From Escherichia phage vB_EcoM_F1, in sequence record NC_054912.1: 64,000 bases of DNA, one strand, 5' to 3'. This document shows, one piece after another, positions 1 through 9,752 of the stretch. The notes under the pieces were generated by a model that made no database searches, had not been told where the DNA came from, and saw only the letters and a program-made list of their open reading frames with translations. Numbering within the stretch: position 1 is the first letter of the stretch; every line of letters starts with the position of its first letter. A program made the translations under genes and the position numbers.

Positions 1-185
1 CCGAGAAAACCGTTCAAATCGTAAATTGCTACATCAAAATCAATAACGTCAGAAATATTTGCTTCCGCATAAGTTGTACCATTAACTGCGCGAGTCATAA
101 TAAATTGACCTGATTTAAGCATAATACCGGAGTTAATGGTAGCGAAATTTTTCAAAATATTCAGTGTATCTTTAGACAGTTTCAT
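1..185 (-). CDS. 45: DNA polymerase sliding clamp gp45, N-terminal part (truncated by window edge)
   Basis: Reverse-strand translation from ATG at 185 gives MKLSKDTLNILKNFATINSGIMLKSGQFIMTRAVNGTTYAEANISDVIDFDVAIYDLNGFL, recognised as the T4 gp45 N-terminus. Confidence 0.9.
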   Translation of the reverse strand, partial: MKLSKDTLNILKNFATINSGIMLKSGQFIMTRAVNGTTYAEANISDVIDFDVAIYDLNGFL

Positions 186-240
186 GTAATTTCCTTCAAT
201 TCAAATGAGATTTAATTTTATAACTAATTTAATAAAGCAA

Positions 241-630
241 TTAACGATTAAAATCAGCCGCAATTGTTTCCGCAATAATTTGAGCAGCAACAATTAGACG
301 TTCATCTGCATTACCACAATAATCATCTTCAAGGCGTTCACCACATGAAGTCATAATAAATTTAGCACCGGCGTTTAGGGATTCTGCAGTATGTTTGCGC
401 ATTAGTTCAATCCATTTATTACTTACTTCACGATCGATAGCTTCATAATACGCATGACGAGCAGGTGCAGATTTAATTTTGTTCTGAATAACTTCCATTG
501 CGTTATCAGAAAGAGACAAAACCCATGCTCGGCGAATTTTATTTTGGTTTTGCGGATTTGAGTCAGAACGCACGTGTTTTGGCTGAATATCTTTTACATC
601 AACAGTATAATTCACAGTAATTTTAGTCAT
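241..630 (-). CDS. rpbA: RNA polymerase-binding protein RpbA
   Basis: 129 aa; sequence and position between 45 and 46 match T4 RpbA. Confidence 0.8.
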   Translation of the reverse strand: MTKITVNYTVDVKDIQPKHVRSDSNPQNQNKIRRAWVLSLSDNAMEVIQNKIKSAPARHAYYEAIDREVSNKWIELMRKHTAESLNAGAKFIMTSCGERLEDDYCGNADERLIVAAQIIAETIAADFNR

Positions 631-639
631 AATACACCT

Positions 640-828
640 TTAGTCATAATAATCAGTAACAGTCCAAGCTTCATTTCTGTTGGACATTATTTTTGTATAT
701 TCTGATTTAAATGCATTCTTAAGCATAGATTCAGTAACTATATGCTCTTCATTAGAAAAATTATTTCTCAGAATATATCGTTTTATTTCAGGAAAAGTTA
801 ATAAATGCTGTCCAGTTGAATATTCCAT
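640..828 (-). CDS. small hypothetical protein (T4 45.2 position)
   Basis: 62-aa ORF between rpbA and gene 46 on the early strand. Confidence 0.5.
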   Translation of the reverse strand: MEYSTGQHLLTFPEIKRYILRNNFSNEEHIVTESMLKNAFKSEYTKIMSNRNEAWTVTDYYD

Positions 829-883
829 GTTTTTCCTCCATAGAGATTATACTCTAATAAATTAAAGCATAATCTCTTATAAA

Positions 884-2566
884 TTAAACCATTACAGTAA
901 ATCGACCGACTTTCTTCATTTGAAGATGCTGACCATATTCTTGCGGGTCATGGTCTTTATGTGAAATTATAAAAACATTAGTGTTTTTCATTGAATTTAT
1001 AATATTAGCTACACCTTTAATACCTTCGGCATCAAATGACCCGTCAAACACTTCATCGAGTATTAATGTACTAATACTAACACCAGATACAATAGAAGCA
1101 ATATCACGCCAAGTAAATAAAAGAGCAATATCAATTCTTGCTTTTTCGCCTTCACTAAATGAAGCATAACTAAAATCTTCACGACCACGGGATTTAATTG
1201 TCTCATTAAATTCTTCATCTAATGTAAACACATAATCCGCTTCCATTATTTTAAGATAATGGTTAATCTGCTTATTAAATAATGGAATGTACTTTTTAAT
1301 AATAGCACCTTTAATACCAGAATCTTTGAGCATATCAGTCAAAATTCCTCGGTGATATTTTTCCATTACTAAATTAGTTTTTGTCTTAACAATTTTATCA
1401 AGTTCTTCTTGAAGCAGTGCTATTTCGTCAGCATGGTCAATAAACTCAGAAGATGCTTTTTCTATAGCCGCTTTAACCTTTTTAGCTTTATCTACCGTCG
1501 TGATTAGAGATTGCTTTTTATTGCGAATATCATTTGCCAACGACTGTTGGGTTTTAATATTATCTCGGTATTCATCAACAAGAACTTTTAAATTATCACG
1601 GTGTGTTGAAAGCTGTTCAAACGAATGCGTACATTCAGAAACTTTATCTTTAATTTTAGAAACAACTTTATCACCGGAACTCAATTGTGACAAACAGGTT
1701 GGACATAATCCACCTTCGTGATACATATTAATGACTTTATTATACGAGTCAATTTTTGATTTAATTAAAAATGCTTCTTGACCGATTTTATTAAATGCAT
1801 CAGTTGGGTCTTCGTCTAAAACAATATTAACTAATCTTTCATTAGCTTCTTCTATTTCCGATTTTAGCGTTCTAGCTTCTTTTGCCAAATCATCATACAT
1901 ATTTTGTAGACGAGTAAGGTTGTCACCAGTTAATTTTTTCTGGCGTTCAACGTTATCATTATATATTTTAATTTGTTGGATAATACTATCTTTTTTAACA
2001 TCAAGCACTTGGTTCTGCGAATTTAATTCACGTATTAGTGCTTTATTAAGCTTATCCATTTCAGCTAATGTTCCTACCTCAAGCAGGTCTTCCACAAGCT
2101 TTCTTCGTGCAGGGGTCGACAAACCCATGAAAGGGGTATACCCTGCTGTACCAAGGACAACAATCTGCTTGAAACTGGCATATGACATTCCGATAAGCTG
2201 TTCAAATTCTGCTTGGAAATCTTTACTGCTGGCAGATTCATTAAGACGTGTACCGTTAACGGTGATTTCGAAAACGTTTGGTTTTTGTCCTCTTTTGATA
2301 TAATACTTTTTCTCATCATATTCCATCCACAGTTCAACTAAAAGTTCTTTCTTATTTGTGCTGTTTATTAATTGACCTTTCTTTACATCACGAAATGGCT
2401 TGCCAAAAAGCCCAAACGTGATGGCTTCTAGCATAGTAGACTTACCACCGCCATTTCGTCCAGTAATAAGAGTTTTTTGAACCTTATCTAGTTGAATGTC
2501 AATAGGATTTCCACCTACTGACATTATATTTTGATACCTAACTCGGTTTAGTTTAAAATTCTTCAC
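884..2566 (-). CDS. 46: recombination endonuclease subunit gp46 (Rad50/SbcC-like ATPase)
   Basis: 560 aa; N-terminal Walker A GRNGGGKST, long coiled-coil middle, C-terminal signature/Walker B (LILDEVFD). Confidence 0.95.
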   Translation of the reverse strand: MKNFKLNRVRYQNIMSVGGNPIDIQLDKVQKTLITGRNGGGKSTMLEAITFGLFGKPFRDVKKGQLINSTNKKELLVELWMEYDEKKYYIKRGQKPNVFEITVNGTRLNESASSKDFQAEFEQLIGMSYASFKQIVVLGTAGYTPFMGLSTPARRKLVEDLLEVGTLAEMDKLNKALIRELNSQNQVLDVKKDSIIQQIKIYNDNVERQKKLTGDNLTRLQNMYDDLAKEARTLKSEIEEANERLVNIVLDEDPTDAFNKIGQEAFLIKSKIDSYNKVINMYHEGGLCPTCLSQLSSGDKVVSKIKDKVSECTHSFEQLSTHRDNLKVLVDEYRDNIKTQQSLANDIRNKKQSLITTVDKAKKVKAAIEKASSEFIDHADEIALLQEELDKIVKTKTNLVMEKYHRGILTDMLKDSGIKGAIIKKYIPLFNKQINHYLKIMEADYVFTLDEEFNETIKSRGREDFSYASFSEGEKARIDIALLFTWRDIASIVSGVSISTLILDEVFDGSFDAEGIKGVANIINSMKNTNVFIISHKDHDPQEYGQHLQMKKVGRFTVMV

Positions 2567-2826
2567 AAAAGATTCCTTTTAATGTATCTTTTAGACCATT
2601 CTATCATATCATCATAATCTAAAAAGTATTCATCAAATTCAGCCATGCAAACAACACCTTGTGCTGCTTTTGATGTGATATAAATTATTCCAACATATCT
2701 AGAATCTTCTTCGGTATAATCAATATTTGCTATGAATTCATCATTAATGTCAAATGTCGAAAACTTCACAATACGCATCCTTAATACAAGATACAGCCAT
2801 ATCTCGTAATGATTTAGGTGTGTCAT
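2563..2826 (-). CDS. hypothetical protein (46.1-like)
   Basis: 87-aa ORF; stop overlaps gene 46 start. Confidence 0.45.
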   Translation of the reverse strand: MTHLNHYEIWLYLVLRMRIVKFSTFDINDEFIANIDYTEEDSRYVGIIYITSKAAQGVVCMAEFDEYFLDYDDMIEWSKRYIKRNLL

Positions 2827-3013
2827 TATCTAAAATGTTGAAGTTAAAAGATACAGCCCAGTCAGTGCAGACAGTAACCTTTTTAATACAATTATCTTCA
2901 ACCTCTAACGGTTCAAACCAATATTCAATAATTTCTTTATGCCCAATATCATCTTTTACTTCGCATTCAAAATGCTGACTCATCATAACATTTTTAAATT
3001 CATCAAAAGTCAT
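2750..3013 (-). CDS. hypothetical protein (46.2-like)
   Basis: 87-aa ORF between 47 and 46; overlaps neighbour, start uncertain. Confidence 0.45.
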   Translation of the reverse strand: MTFDEFKNVMMSQHFECEVKDDIGHKEIIEYWFEPLEVEDNCIKKVTVCTDWAVSFNFNILDNDTPKSLRDMAVSCIKDAYCEVFDI

Positions 3014-4029
3014 TGTGTTGCCTCTACATATAGCTGATTTGCATATTGAATAAGTGCTTCACGGTCAGAATCAGTGATGTCTGGAATTGCATTAATATAC
3101 TCTTCCATCAACGTCTGAAGCGATTGAACTTCAACTTCTTCACTGTCATCTGACTCGACAGAGTTATCAATTTTTGACACAACTCGTAATGAATGCACAA
3201 CTTTTTCTAGTTCAGATTCGAACTTCGTTAGATTTTTGTCTACTTCAGTTACTATAACACGTACTGATAGATTTGTAAAATCTTTATAGTCAATTTTTCC
3301 TTTAAATGGATAATGAATTCTACGATGCCAGGTAGTATTGTTTGGAATAAATTCCATTCGTTCTGTTTCTGTATCAAACATCCAGAACCCACGAGGGTCA
3401 TTCTCGTCACCTGCAGTTAGTGTCCATGGTGTCCCAATATATCTGACGTTTGCAGCCTCAGAGATAGTATGGAAGTGACCAGACCACACTTCTTTATAAG
3501 TCTTAAGGAAATCAGGTTCAAGACCGTGAGATTTCATTCCTTTATAAAAATAAAATCCATTCAGTTCCCAGTGACCAACACAAAAAGAAGCAGATGAAGT
3601 TTTGATATGCTCAAGAATTTCACCAGTATTTTCTTCACACATCCAAGGAATTAAATCAATCAAACATCCGTCAAAATCTACTGTAGTAGGCTTATCATAT
3701 ACTTTAACATTAGGATATTTAGCCAAAAGCTCAGTAGAGGCATTTGGATGCATTACATTTTTATAGTGGAGATCGTGATTTCCTACAATAGTGTGTAATG
3801 TAATTCCAGCATCATCAAGCGTTTGAACTATTTCACGAGCGAACTCCATAGTTTTATGTGTGATTGCTTTTCGCACATCAAAAATATCACCGTATTGAAT
3901 CCAGGTAGTAATTCCATTTTTCTTAGAATATTCTATTGCTTGTTTAATTCCATCAATTTGAATACCGCGAATCCACTCATCATCGGCTTTAACGCCTAAA
4001 TGCCAATCACCTAAATTTAAAATTTTCAT
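3010..4029 (-). CDS. 47: recombination nuclease subunit gp47 (Mre11/SbcD-like phosphoesterase)
   Basis: 339 aa; calcineurin-like phosphoesterase motifs (LGDWHLG, GDIFD, GNHD). Confidence 0.95.
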   Translation of the reverse strand: MKILNLGDWHLGVKADDEWIRGIQIDGIKQAIEYSKKNGITTWIQYGDIFDVRKAITHKTMEFAREIVQTLDDAGITLHTIVGNHDLHYKNVMHPNASTELLAKYPNVKVYDKPTTVDFDGCLIDLIPWMCEENTGEILEHIKTSSASFCVGHWELNGFYFYKGMKSHGLEPDFLKTYKEVWSGHFHTISEAANVRYIGTPWTLTAGDENDPRGFWMFDTETERMEFIPNNTTWHRRIHYPFKGKIDYKDFTNLSVRVIVTEVDKNLTKFESELEKVVHSLRVVSKIDNSVESDDSEEVEVQSLQTLMEEYINAIPDITDSDREALIQYANQLYVEATQ

Positions 4030-4189
4030 ATATCAAGAACCGTCATTGAAATGCAAAATAAAATTATTGAAATAAATCCATCTGGAGTGCTAAAGAACCC
4101 AATCCAACATGCTCTAGTGAATAGATAAAATGCAAGAAAAAGTATCACATATCCAAGAAATATCATTATATCAAACTCCGTATAAAGCT

Positions 4190-4207
4190 AAAGGGCCGAA
4201 GCCCTTT
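4190..4207 (-). terminator. stem-loop with UUCG tetraloop after a-gt
   Basis: Plus aaagggc-cgaa-gcccttt; weak U tract downstream on minus strand. Confidence 0.45.
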
Positions 4208-5408
4208 ATTTTGTAATAATGTCAAACTGTTCTTTAAAGCAGAAGCTTGAATCTTGATGCTGATACAAAAATTCATATGCTTTTTCACGTTCACGGTCAT
4301 AAAGAGCTCGGTCAGATGACAGTTCTTTAATACGCTCGAATGTTGATTCCATGTCATTTTCATCAAACCAAATGATACCGCTATCATGTGAGGTCAAAGG
4401 AGTATTATCAACACGGAATTTTAAATTTTCGCCAGTAGATTTCCAGAAAACAGGAATTGTTCCACATGCACCAAGCTCGAGATGAGTATATTCGAGTGAG
4501 CGTTGTAAGTATTTCTGGTTAAGTTTACTCAACTGATATCCAAAGCCAGATTTACTCATTCGTTCAAGCATTTCACTATTAATATAACAATCTAGGATTT
4601 GTGCCGGTTGATTCGGCGCGAGATTCATTTTATCAATCTCACGATTACCGTAATATTCATACGGAATACCTTTTTCCTTAATTGCAATAAAAGCAGGGGA
4701 ACGTTCAAGACCTTCCATTACAGTGGATTTACCAGCAGGTTTTAAGAATTTTTCATGAAAATCAAACATCTGATAAAAACCTTTCCATGTAGTCGTACGA
4801 CCAATCCAACGGTTGATGTTCATGTTAATTTCAGAAACATCTTTCCAATAAGTTGACCGAACCTTCGCAATATCCATAGGAGGCTGAAAATTATATACTG
4901 TTGGTGCTTCTTCAATATCATCAAACAGAGAAACAGTTTCTGGATACCATTCTTTCATCAGAACTTTATTAAAATCGCCATTATCAGAATGACTAAAAAT
5001 AACATCAGCTCGACGAACAGTTTCTTCTAATCCCAAATTTCGACGCAAAGAAAGAACAGAATGATCATGCTGATAAACTACAACACGAATAGAAGGTTTA
5101 ATATTATCTAAAAGTTTTTTATAGTTATTAATCGTGGCTTCTTGAACGGAAGTAGCAGGAACAGAATTAATAATTAGAATATCACAATCATTTACCAGCT
5201 TAAGTGTTTTATCGTATTCTTTAGCTAAAATAACTGGAATTGAAAATGATTTGTGGTCATGAGAACTTGTACGAGTAAATGATTTATCTTTAGCATAAAC
5301 CAAAGTTACTTCATGACCATTTTTAATAAACCAATCACGCTGCTCAAGAGAAAATTTAGTTACACCGCAACCTTCAAGACCCCGAGCCAGAAAAATGCAT
5401 ACTTTCAT
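4206..5408 (-). CDS. a-gt: DNA alpha-glucosyltransferase
   Basis: 400 aa; near-identical to T4 alpha-glucosyltransferase as I recall it. Confidence 0.95.
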   Translation of the reverse strand: MKVCIFLARGLEGCGVTKFSLEQRDWFIKNGHEVTLVYAKDKSFTRTSSHDHKSFSIPVILAKEYDKTLKLVNDCDILIINSVPATSVQEATINNYKKLLDNIKPSIRVVVYQHDHSVLSLRRNLGLEETVRRADVIFSHSDNGDFNKVLMKEWYPETVSLFDDIEEAPTVYNFQPPMDIAKVRSTYWKDVSEINMNINRWIGRTTTWKGFYQMFDFHEKFLKPAGKSTVMEGLERSPAFIAIKEKGIPYEYYGNREIDKMNLAPNQPAQILDCYINSEMLERMSKSGFGYQLSKLNQKYLQRSLEYTHLELGACGTIPVFWKSTGENLKFRVDNTPLTSHDSGIIWFDENDMESTFERIKELSSDRALYDREREKAYEFLYQHQDSSFCFKEQFDIITK

Positions 5409-5459
5409 TTAATATCCTCTTTGTTTTGGTTTATTTTATCAAAAAATTTATAAAGCAAT

Positions 5460-5479
5460 ATAGGAGCCGAAGCTCCTAT
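5460..5479 (-). terminator. rho-independent terminator (UUCG-loop hairpin) upstream of a-gt
   Basis: Plus ataggagc-cgaa-gctcctat; U-rich tract follows on minus strand. Confidence 0.55.
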
Positions 5480-5652
5480 CCACATAATACGCCATACAGA
5501 GGCTCATTAGAACTTTTAAATTTTTATGCGCCTATATGTTATAGTTCCTTCTGCTTTAGCGTTATCATGAGACTCTTTAAAGCGTCTCATCATTTCCTCT
5601 TTAGAGGAACGAATTTTATTATAATCTATTTCAGAAGTCTGGTGTTCATCTT

Positions 5653-5859
5653 TCATAACTGCCACCATTTTTTGACTTGATAAGAATCAACCCACACTTT
5701 CATATTAGGGTCTGCTCTTACAATAGGAGGATTAACTTCTTTAATTGAACTATCATGGTATTCTTTTTCAGAAATTTTCACACAAAGATGACCATTCAAA
5801 GATTCAGTAAATCCTGCATTAATTTTAAGACGCTTGAATTTTACGTGTGTAAGCATCAA
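5653..5859 (-). CDS. hypothetical small protein
   Basis: 68-aa ORF on early strand. Confidence 0.4.
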   Translation of the reverse strand: MMLTHVKFKRLKINAGFTESLNGHLCVKISEKEYHDSSIKEVNPPIVRADPNMKVWVDSYQVKKWWQL

Positions 5860-6142
5860 TCATATCCTCAATCTGCGATCTAGTAGTCTTCCAAAGAATA
5901 CTAATGAGTTCATCGTTATATGGCTGTTTTAGAATATCCCGACTTTTCTTGATAGCATATTCGTATTGAGCAAAATTATTATTTTCAGCCGCAATCTGAG
6001 CATGCTTATAAAGACGATTCAGTTCGCGTTTGTTTTTAGACAATAACTTATTTGCTTTTCTTTCTGCTTCAAGACGGTTCTTTTCTTCAATAGAAGAAAT
6101 AAGCTTTTCCACTTCATCATTAATTTCGGGTTTATCAGTCAT
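5825..6142 (-). CDS. hypothetical protein, predicted coiled coil
   Basis: 105-aa ORF, charged helical sequence. Confidence 0.5.
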   Translation of the reverse strand: MTDKPEINDEVEKLISSIEEKNRLEAERKANKLLSKNKRELNRLYKHAQIAAENNNFAQYEYAIKKSRDILKQPYNDELISILWKTTRSQIEDMIDAYTRKIQAS

Positions 6143-6143
6143 A

Positions 6144-6362
6144 TTATTTCTCTAATATAAAATAAAAATCATCATCTGTTAAATGATACCGATAGTTTAA
6201 TTCTACACCATTAGATTTAAAAGCGGTATCATACGGATTTTCTGGGTCAATATCAATGTCAAGAGCTAAAACTTCCCTGAGATACATTTTAAGTAAATAG
6301 GGAATAGCTTCAACTTCAGGTATTTCTTCCAAGAATCCGGAGAGGTTAATCGTTAGCCTCAT
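6144..6362 (-). CDS. hypothetical small protein
   Basis: 72-aa ORF immediately downstream of gene 55. Confidence 0.5.
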   Translation of the reverse strand: MRLTINLSGFLEEIPEVEAIPYLLKMYLREVLALDIDIDPENPYDTAFKSNGVELNYRYHLTDDDFYFILEK

Positions 6363-6903
6363 ATAAAAAATCCAAACTAGGAGAATCGTCTACAACACTT
6401 TTCTTTTCAGCCCCCGGTGTTCTATAGGTTGATTCTTCGTAATGCGTCATTTTATCGTAGATGTCTTGAATAAAAGTTTCATCTACTAACGCAACCATAT
6501 CGTCGTCACGACTGTCATAGACATTGTGAACGAAGTAACTATATTTCTTTGCAACTTCCTTACGTTCTTTTTTAATACGTTGGACGAATGCATTAAAACA
6601 AGCTTGAGTTATATATGCATGTGGGTTTTTATATTTCGTTTCATCAAAATTATGAAGCCCCTTAATAGAAGCTTCTATACCATCTGCAATCATTTCTTGT
6701 TTCCAAGACTGGGTGTATCCTGAAAAGTTGAAACGTTTAGATAAGCCTTCTGCAATAAGCATAATGGCTAATCCGATAGTATCATTCTGACGAACTACTT
6801 TATTTGGGTCTTTATTATTTTCTAATTCTGTTTTCCAATCAATAATAGCTTGTAAAAGCTCTTTATTGTTTACGTAATTATATTTAGGCTTAGTTTCTGA
6901 CAT
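6346..6903 (-). CDS. 55: late-transcription sigma factor gp55
   Basis: Start taken at [20 protein letters not shown] (185 aa), matching T4 gp55. Confidence 0.93.
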   Translation of the reverse strand: MSETKPKYNYVNNKELLQAIIDWKTELENNKDPNKVVRQNDTIGLAIMLIAEGLSKRFNFSGYTQSWKQEMIADGIEASIKGLHNFDETKYKNPHAYITQACFNAFVQRIKKERKEVAKKYSYFVHNVYDSRDDDMVALVDETFIQDIYDKMTHYEESTYRTPGAEKKSVVDDSPSLDFLYEAND

Positions 6904-6981
6904 TTTCACCTCTTAGCTCAATTCATAGATCTATTATATCATAATATTTGAAGATCTATCTTAAAGCATAGAGGATATCAG

Positions 6982-7251
6982 TTATCTAAGTAAACAGTAT
7001 GCTTGGAATACTTTCTCCATCATCTTTTTAAATTCATGAATATCTATGTAATGACTAGTTAAATCAGCATGATATAAAAAGTCTAAAAACTTTTCATGTG
7101 TACTAACATATTCACTTTCATTTAATTCAGAAACATGACTTTCCCAATATCCAACACCAGTCTTATTTGGGAAAAATGAAATTTTCATGTATTGGTCAAC
7201 ATAGAAAATGCCATAATTTTCAATAGTAATAGAAATATTAATAAATTTCAT
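6982..7251 (-). CDS. hypothetical protein
   Basis: 89-aa ORF. Confidence 0.45.
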   Translation of the reverse strand: MKFINISITIENYGIFYVDQYMKISFFPNKTGVGYWESHVSELNESEYVSTHEKFLDFLYHADLTSHYIDIHEFKKMMEKVFQAYCLLR

Positions 7252-7463
7252 ACATTCATCAACTTAGCCGCTTCAAGAGCTGCATCTAGTGAATCAAATT
7301 GGTCAACATATTCAATCAATTCGCCGTAATTGGCATATAACCACCATTGGCTAAATTCATACTCAAGGATGAATCCATTTCCTTCAATTTGAGTTAAACC
7401 AATGCCATTTGTATTTACTTCATACCCAGCAAGACGTAAATCGTTAATAAGAGCTTCGTTCAT
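7248..7463 (-). CDS. hypothetical protein
   Basis: 71-aa ORF, 4-nt overlap with neighbour. Confidence 0.45.
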   Translation of the reverse strand: MNEALINDLRLAGYEVNTNGIGLTQIEGNGFILEYEFSQWWLYANYGELIEYVDQFDSLDAALEAAKLMNV

Positions 7464-7465
7464 AA

Positions 7466-7792
7466 TTATACCTTAGTAATTTTCAGGTCTGCAAATTTTT
7501 TCTTGCGTTGATTTTTCATGCGACGAATAGTTTTATCGGAAATTTCATGCTTTTGATAAGCTTTAGATTCTACACCAAAAGCTTTAACATCAAATTCTGA
7601 CAAGATATATTGAACCAACAATTCACGGACAGTATTGCGTCCAATCTTCTGATCATTCTGTTTCATCATCTGATGAAGCTCTTTTTCCCATTTATCCAAA
7701 ATTTGAGGAGTTACAATATCGCCTTTTTCTAGCAAAGAAACTACTTTATCATATGCGTAAGAATTAATGACGTTTTTAATCTGAATAGTCAT
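7466..7792 (-). CDS. hypothetical protein
   Basis: 108-aa ORF. Confidence 0.5.
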   Translation of the reverse strand: MTIQIKNVINSYAYDKVVSLLEKGDIVTPQILDKWEKELHQMMKQNDQKIGRNTVRELLVQYILSEFDVKAFGVESKAYQKHEISDKTIRRMKNQRKKKFADLKITKV

Positions 7793-7825
7793 ACATTATC
7801 CTCAATTACGTTAAAATTTTATTAT

Positions 7826-7847
7826 CCAAAAAAGGGCCGAAGCCCTT
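7826..7847 (-). terminator. rho-independent terminator
   Basis: Plus aagggc-cgaa-gccctt preceded by a6 (U6 after the hairpin on minus strand). Confidence 0.65.
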
Positions 7848-8046
7848 AGCTAAACTTTTTGGCACCCTTCCAGCCTTCGTACATCATTGCTACTGACAAT
7901 GACAAAGCTCCTTCACATGCTGCATACTTATTATTCCAGAACCAATTTAGAAAAACTTCATCCTCAATACCATTGTGTTTCATGTTCTGGAAAAATTTGG
8001 CGCGTTCTTCAGCAATTCGCTGCGATAATTTAGATTCAGGATTCAT
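7846..8046 (-). CDS. hypothetical small protein
   Basis: 66-aa ORF. Confidence 0.45.
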   Translation of the reverse strand: MNPESKLSQRIAEERAKFFQNMKHNGIEDEVFLNWFWNNKYAACEGALSLSVAMMYEGWKGAKKFS

Positions 8047-8055
8047 TTAAATTTT

Positions 8056-8262
8056 TCAGTTACCGTTTTCATCAATAAATTTAATCCAGTCATTTACTGA
8101 CCACTTAGTTGTATCGCCTTTTGGAGTAACATTTAAAGTGTATAACCCTTGTTTAAAAAGCATTCGTTTGATATTCATATTTTCCTCAGCTGTAACGATA
8201 GCACTCGTTTGATTTACGCTTAGCAACTCGTTGAGAAGTATTATAATCAAAATCATCGTCAA
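8056..8262 (-). CDS. hypothetical small protein
   Basis: 68-aa ORF. Confidence 0.4.
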   Translation of the reverse strand: MTMILIIILLNELLSVNQTSAIVTAEENMNIKRMLFKQGLYTLNVTPKGDTTKWSVNDWIKFIDENGN

Positions 8263-8524
8263 TGTAAACTGATTTTTTCAACTTTCTTACTTCACCGCGT
8301 AATTGACGATTTAACTCATCTTTAACTTCTGAATCAATACCTTTCATTCTACGCCATTTATCTGAGCGAAAAATGTTTTCAACCATATCTTTATGATTTA
8401 CACCATCAGGAGCTTTACGCTTTCCGAAATAGTCATAATCACGCACTTTTAAGTCTTTACGACGATACGTTTTACCCATGGAGTTTAATTTCCTTAGCAA
8501 CTGAACTAAATACAGCACGGTCAC
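8186..8524 (-). CDS. hypothetical basic protein
   Basis: 112-aa ORF; true start may be the internal MGKTYRR. Confidence 0.45.
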   Translation of the reverse strand: MTVLYLVQLLRKLNSMGKTYRRKDLKVRDYDYFGKRKAPDGVNHKDMVENIFRSDKWRRMKGIDSEVKDELNRQLRGEVRKLKKSVYIDDDFDYNTSQRVAKRKSNECYRYS

Positions 8525-8654
8525 AAATCATCTGTTTATGTAACTTGAGTATAAGATAATAAACTTCAAAACCGTTTACATAAGTAACACGAACAACATT
8601 ACCATTAATAAAATAATACTGTCCCTTTTTAATTTCTTTATCAACCACAACCAT
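8472..8654 (-). CDS. hypothetical small protein
   Basis: 60-aa ORF downstream of an early promoter. Confidence 0.4.
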   Translation of the reverse strand: MVVVDKEIKKGQYYFINGNVVRVTYVNGFEVYYLILKLHKQMICDRAVFSSVAKEIKLHG

Positions 8655-8684
8655 ATCAATTCCTCAAAGGCAATTCATATGTTA

Positions 8685-8713
8685 ATAATACCACAGTTTG
8701 AACTTCTTGTAAA
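8685..8713 (-). promoter_or_regulatory. T4-type early promoter
   Basis: Minus strand reads GTTTACA-like -35 and TGTGGTATTAT extended -10 with an A/T-rich upstream element. Confidence 0.55.
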
Positions 8714-8795
8714 CAACTTTGTGAAAAATATTTTAGGGAATGACAAGAAGGGAACGATAGCTTAGAATGGTAATATACAGAATGTGAGAAAGAAA

Positions 8796-8809
8796 GGCCC
8801 AGAGGGCCC
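8796..8809 (-). terminator. GC hairpin followed by U-rich tract
   Basis: Plus ggccc-agag-ggccc; minus strand continues UUUCUUUCUC. Confidence 0.5.
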
Positions 8810-8812
8810 GCC

Positions 8813-9136
8813 TTAGTCTTCTATGATATCTCTATCATATCCAAGTGAAATGAGAGTTTCTTTGAAGTGTTTAATGTTCTTTTGTCTAGAATCATTGATG
8901 AAAATGACTGGATAACGAATGTTAAGAGATGTGAATCCAGCGCGTTTAGCAAGAGATACAATCAGTGGACGATCATACTCAATCTTACCATTATTTGTAA
9001 GAACTTTATAGAAAGTAAAAGGAGCATTAAGCTCCTTTAGAAGTTTTGTAACTGATTGACATCCAGGACAACGACCTACTTCATCTGGAATTCCATAGAC
9101 TTCAATCTTATTCTTTAAGTTCGAGTTTTGTTCCAC
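8813..9136 (-). CDS. nrdH: glutaredoxin-like protein (NrdH-like)
   Basis: C-terminal 100 aa carries a CPGC redox motif in a thioredoxin-fold context; the listed ORF extends to 9265 but I place the start at a GTG near 9136; start uncertain. Confidence 0.6.
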   Translation of the reverse strand: MEQNSNLKNKIEVYGIPDEVGRCPGCQSVTKLLKELNAPFTFYKVLTNNGKIEYDRPLIVSLAKRAGFTSLNIRYPVIFINDSRQKNIKHFKETLISLGYDRDIIED

Positions 9137-9419
9137 GAGAAATAATTCCTTGGTAAGCCCAATAAGGAGGATTAACAGAATCCTCACCAGAGTTTTCTTC
9201 AGGAAAATAAACCTGGATAACGAAACCGGATTCATCAAAGGTAAAATAAACCGTAGGCAGTTCACCTAACAAATCGGCACGAGCGTTGATTTCTTCGAGG
9301 TCTTGTTCACGTCCAGCCCAGAAGCTTGGGTTCAGACTACATTCATAGAAATAATAGTCATTACCGAACATATCAAAACCATTCCAACTCTCTACTACAT
9401 ATCGCTCAAAACTAATCAT
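9108..9419 (-). CDS. hypothetical protein
   Basis: 103-aa ORF. Confidence 0.45.
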   Translation of the reverse strand: MISFERYVVESWNGFDMFGNDYYFYECSLNPSFWAGREQDLEEINARADLLGELPTVYFTFDESGFVIQVYFPEENSGEDSVNPPYWAYQGIISRGTKLELKE

Positions 9420-9421
9420 AA

Positions 9422-9637
9422 TTATTCCTTTTTATCAAGAACCGCATTCAGCTTGTTAGTAATTTTATCCAGACGCTCACTGAACTCACTTGAAGATAAG
9501 CCCTTTTCTGGAGAAATTAAACTAATCACGAAAAATATAGCAATAAAAGGAATAAGGAAAATAGCTCCAACTGCCATAAACAGAAAGAATGTTACAGTTG
9601 TAAGAAAATCAGCTAAACCTTTACGAAATTTATACAT
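9422..9637 (-). CDS. small membrane protein
   Basis: 71 aa with one long hydrophobic segment. Confidence 0.5.
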   Translation of the reverse strand: MYKFRKGLADFLTTVTFFLFMAVGAIFLIPFIAIFFVISLISPEKGLSSSEFSERLDKITNKLNAVLDKKE

Positions 9638-9752
9638 ATTTTACCCTTAATTGATTAACCAAGCATTGATAAGCACTAAACTATATTGCGAATAAAATTC
9701 TGGACCAAAATGAAAAATCATATCATTTATAGTATCCATAATATAATTCAAT

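Noticed and set aside
1920-2303. Plus-strand ORF of 127 aa inside gene 46 (similar cases at 981-1169, 1500-1721, 5426-5680, 15301-15561, 31489-31872, 33165-33503, 41625-41951)
   Set aside because: Antisense to well-supported minus-strand genes, low-complexity or hydrophobic translations, no RBS; treated as chance ORFs.
4166-4387. 73-aa ORF overlapping the 3' end of a-gt
   Set aside because: Lies in an alternative frame within a-gt and across the terminator hairpin.
6910-6981. MotA-box-type middle promoter upstream of gene 55
   Set aside because: An ATGCTTTA box is present on the minus strand, but its spacing to the nearest -10-like hexamer is 15-23 nt rather than the expected 11-13, so I did not call it.
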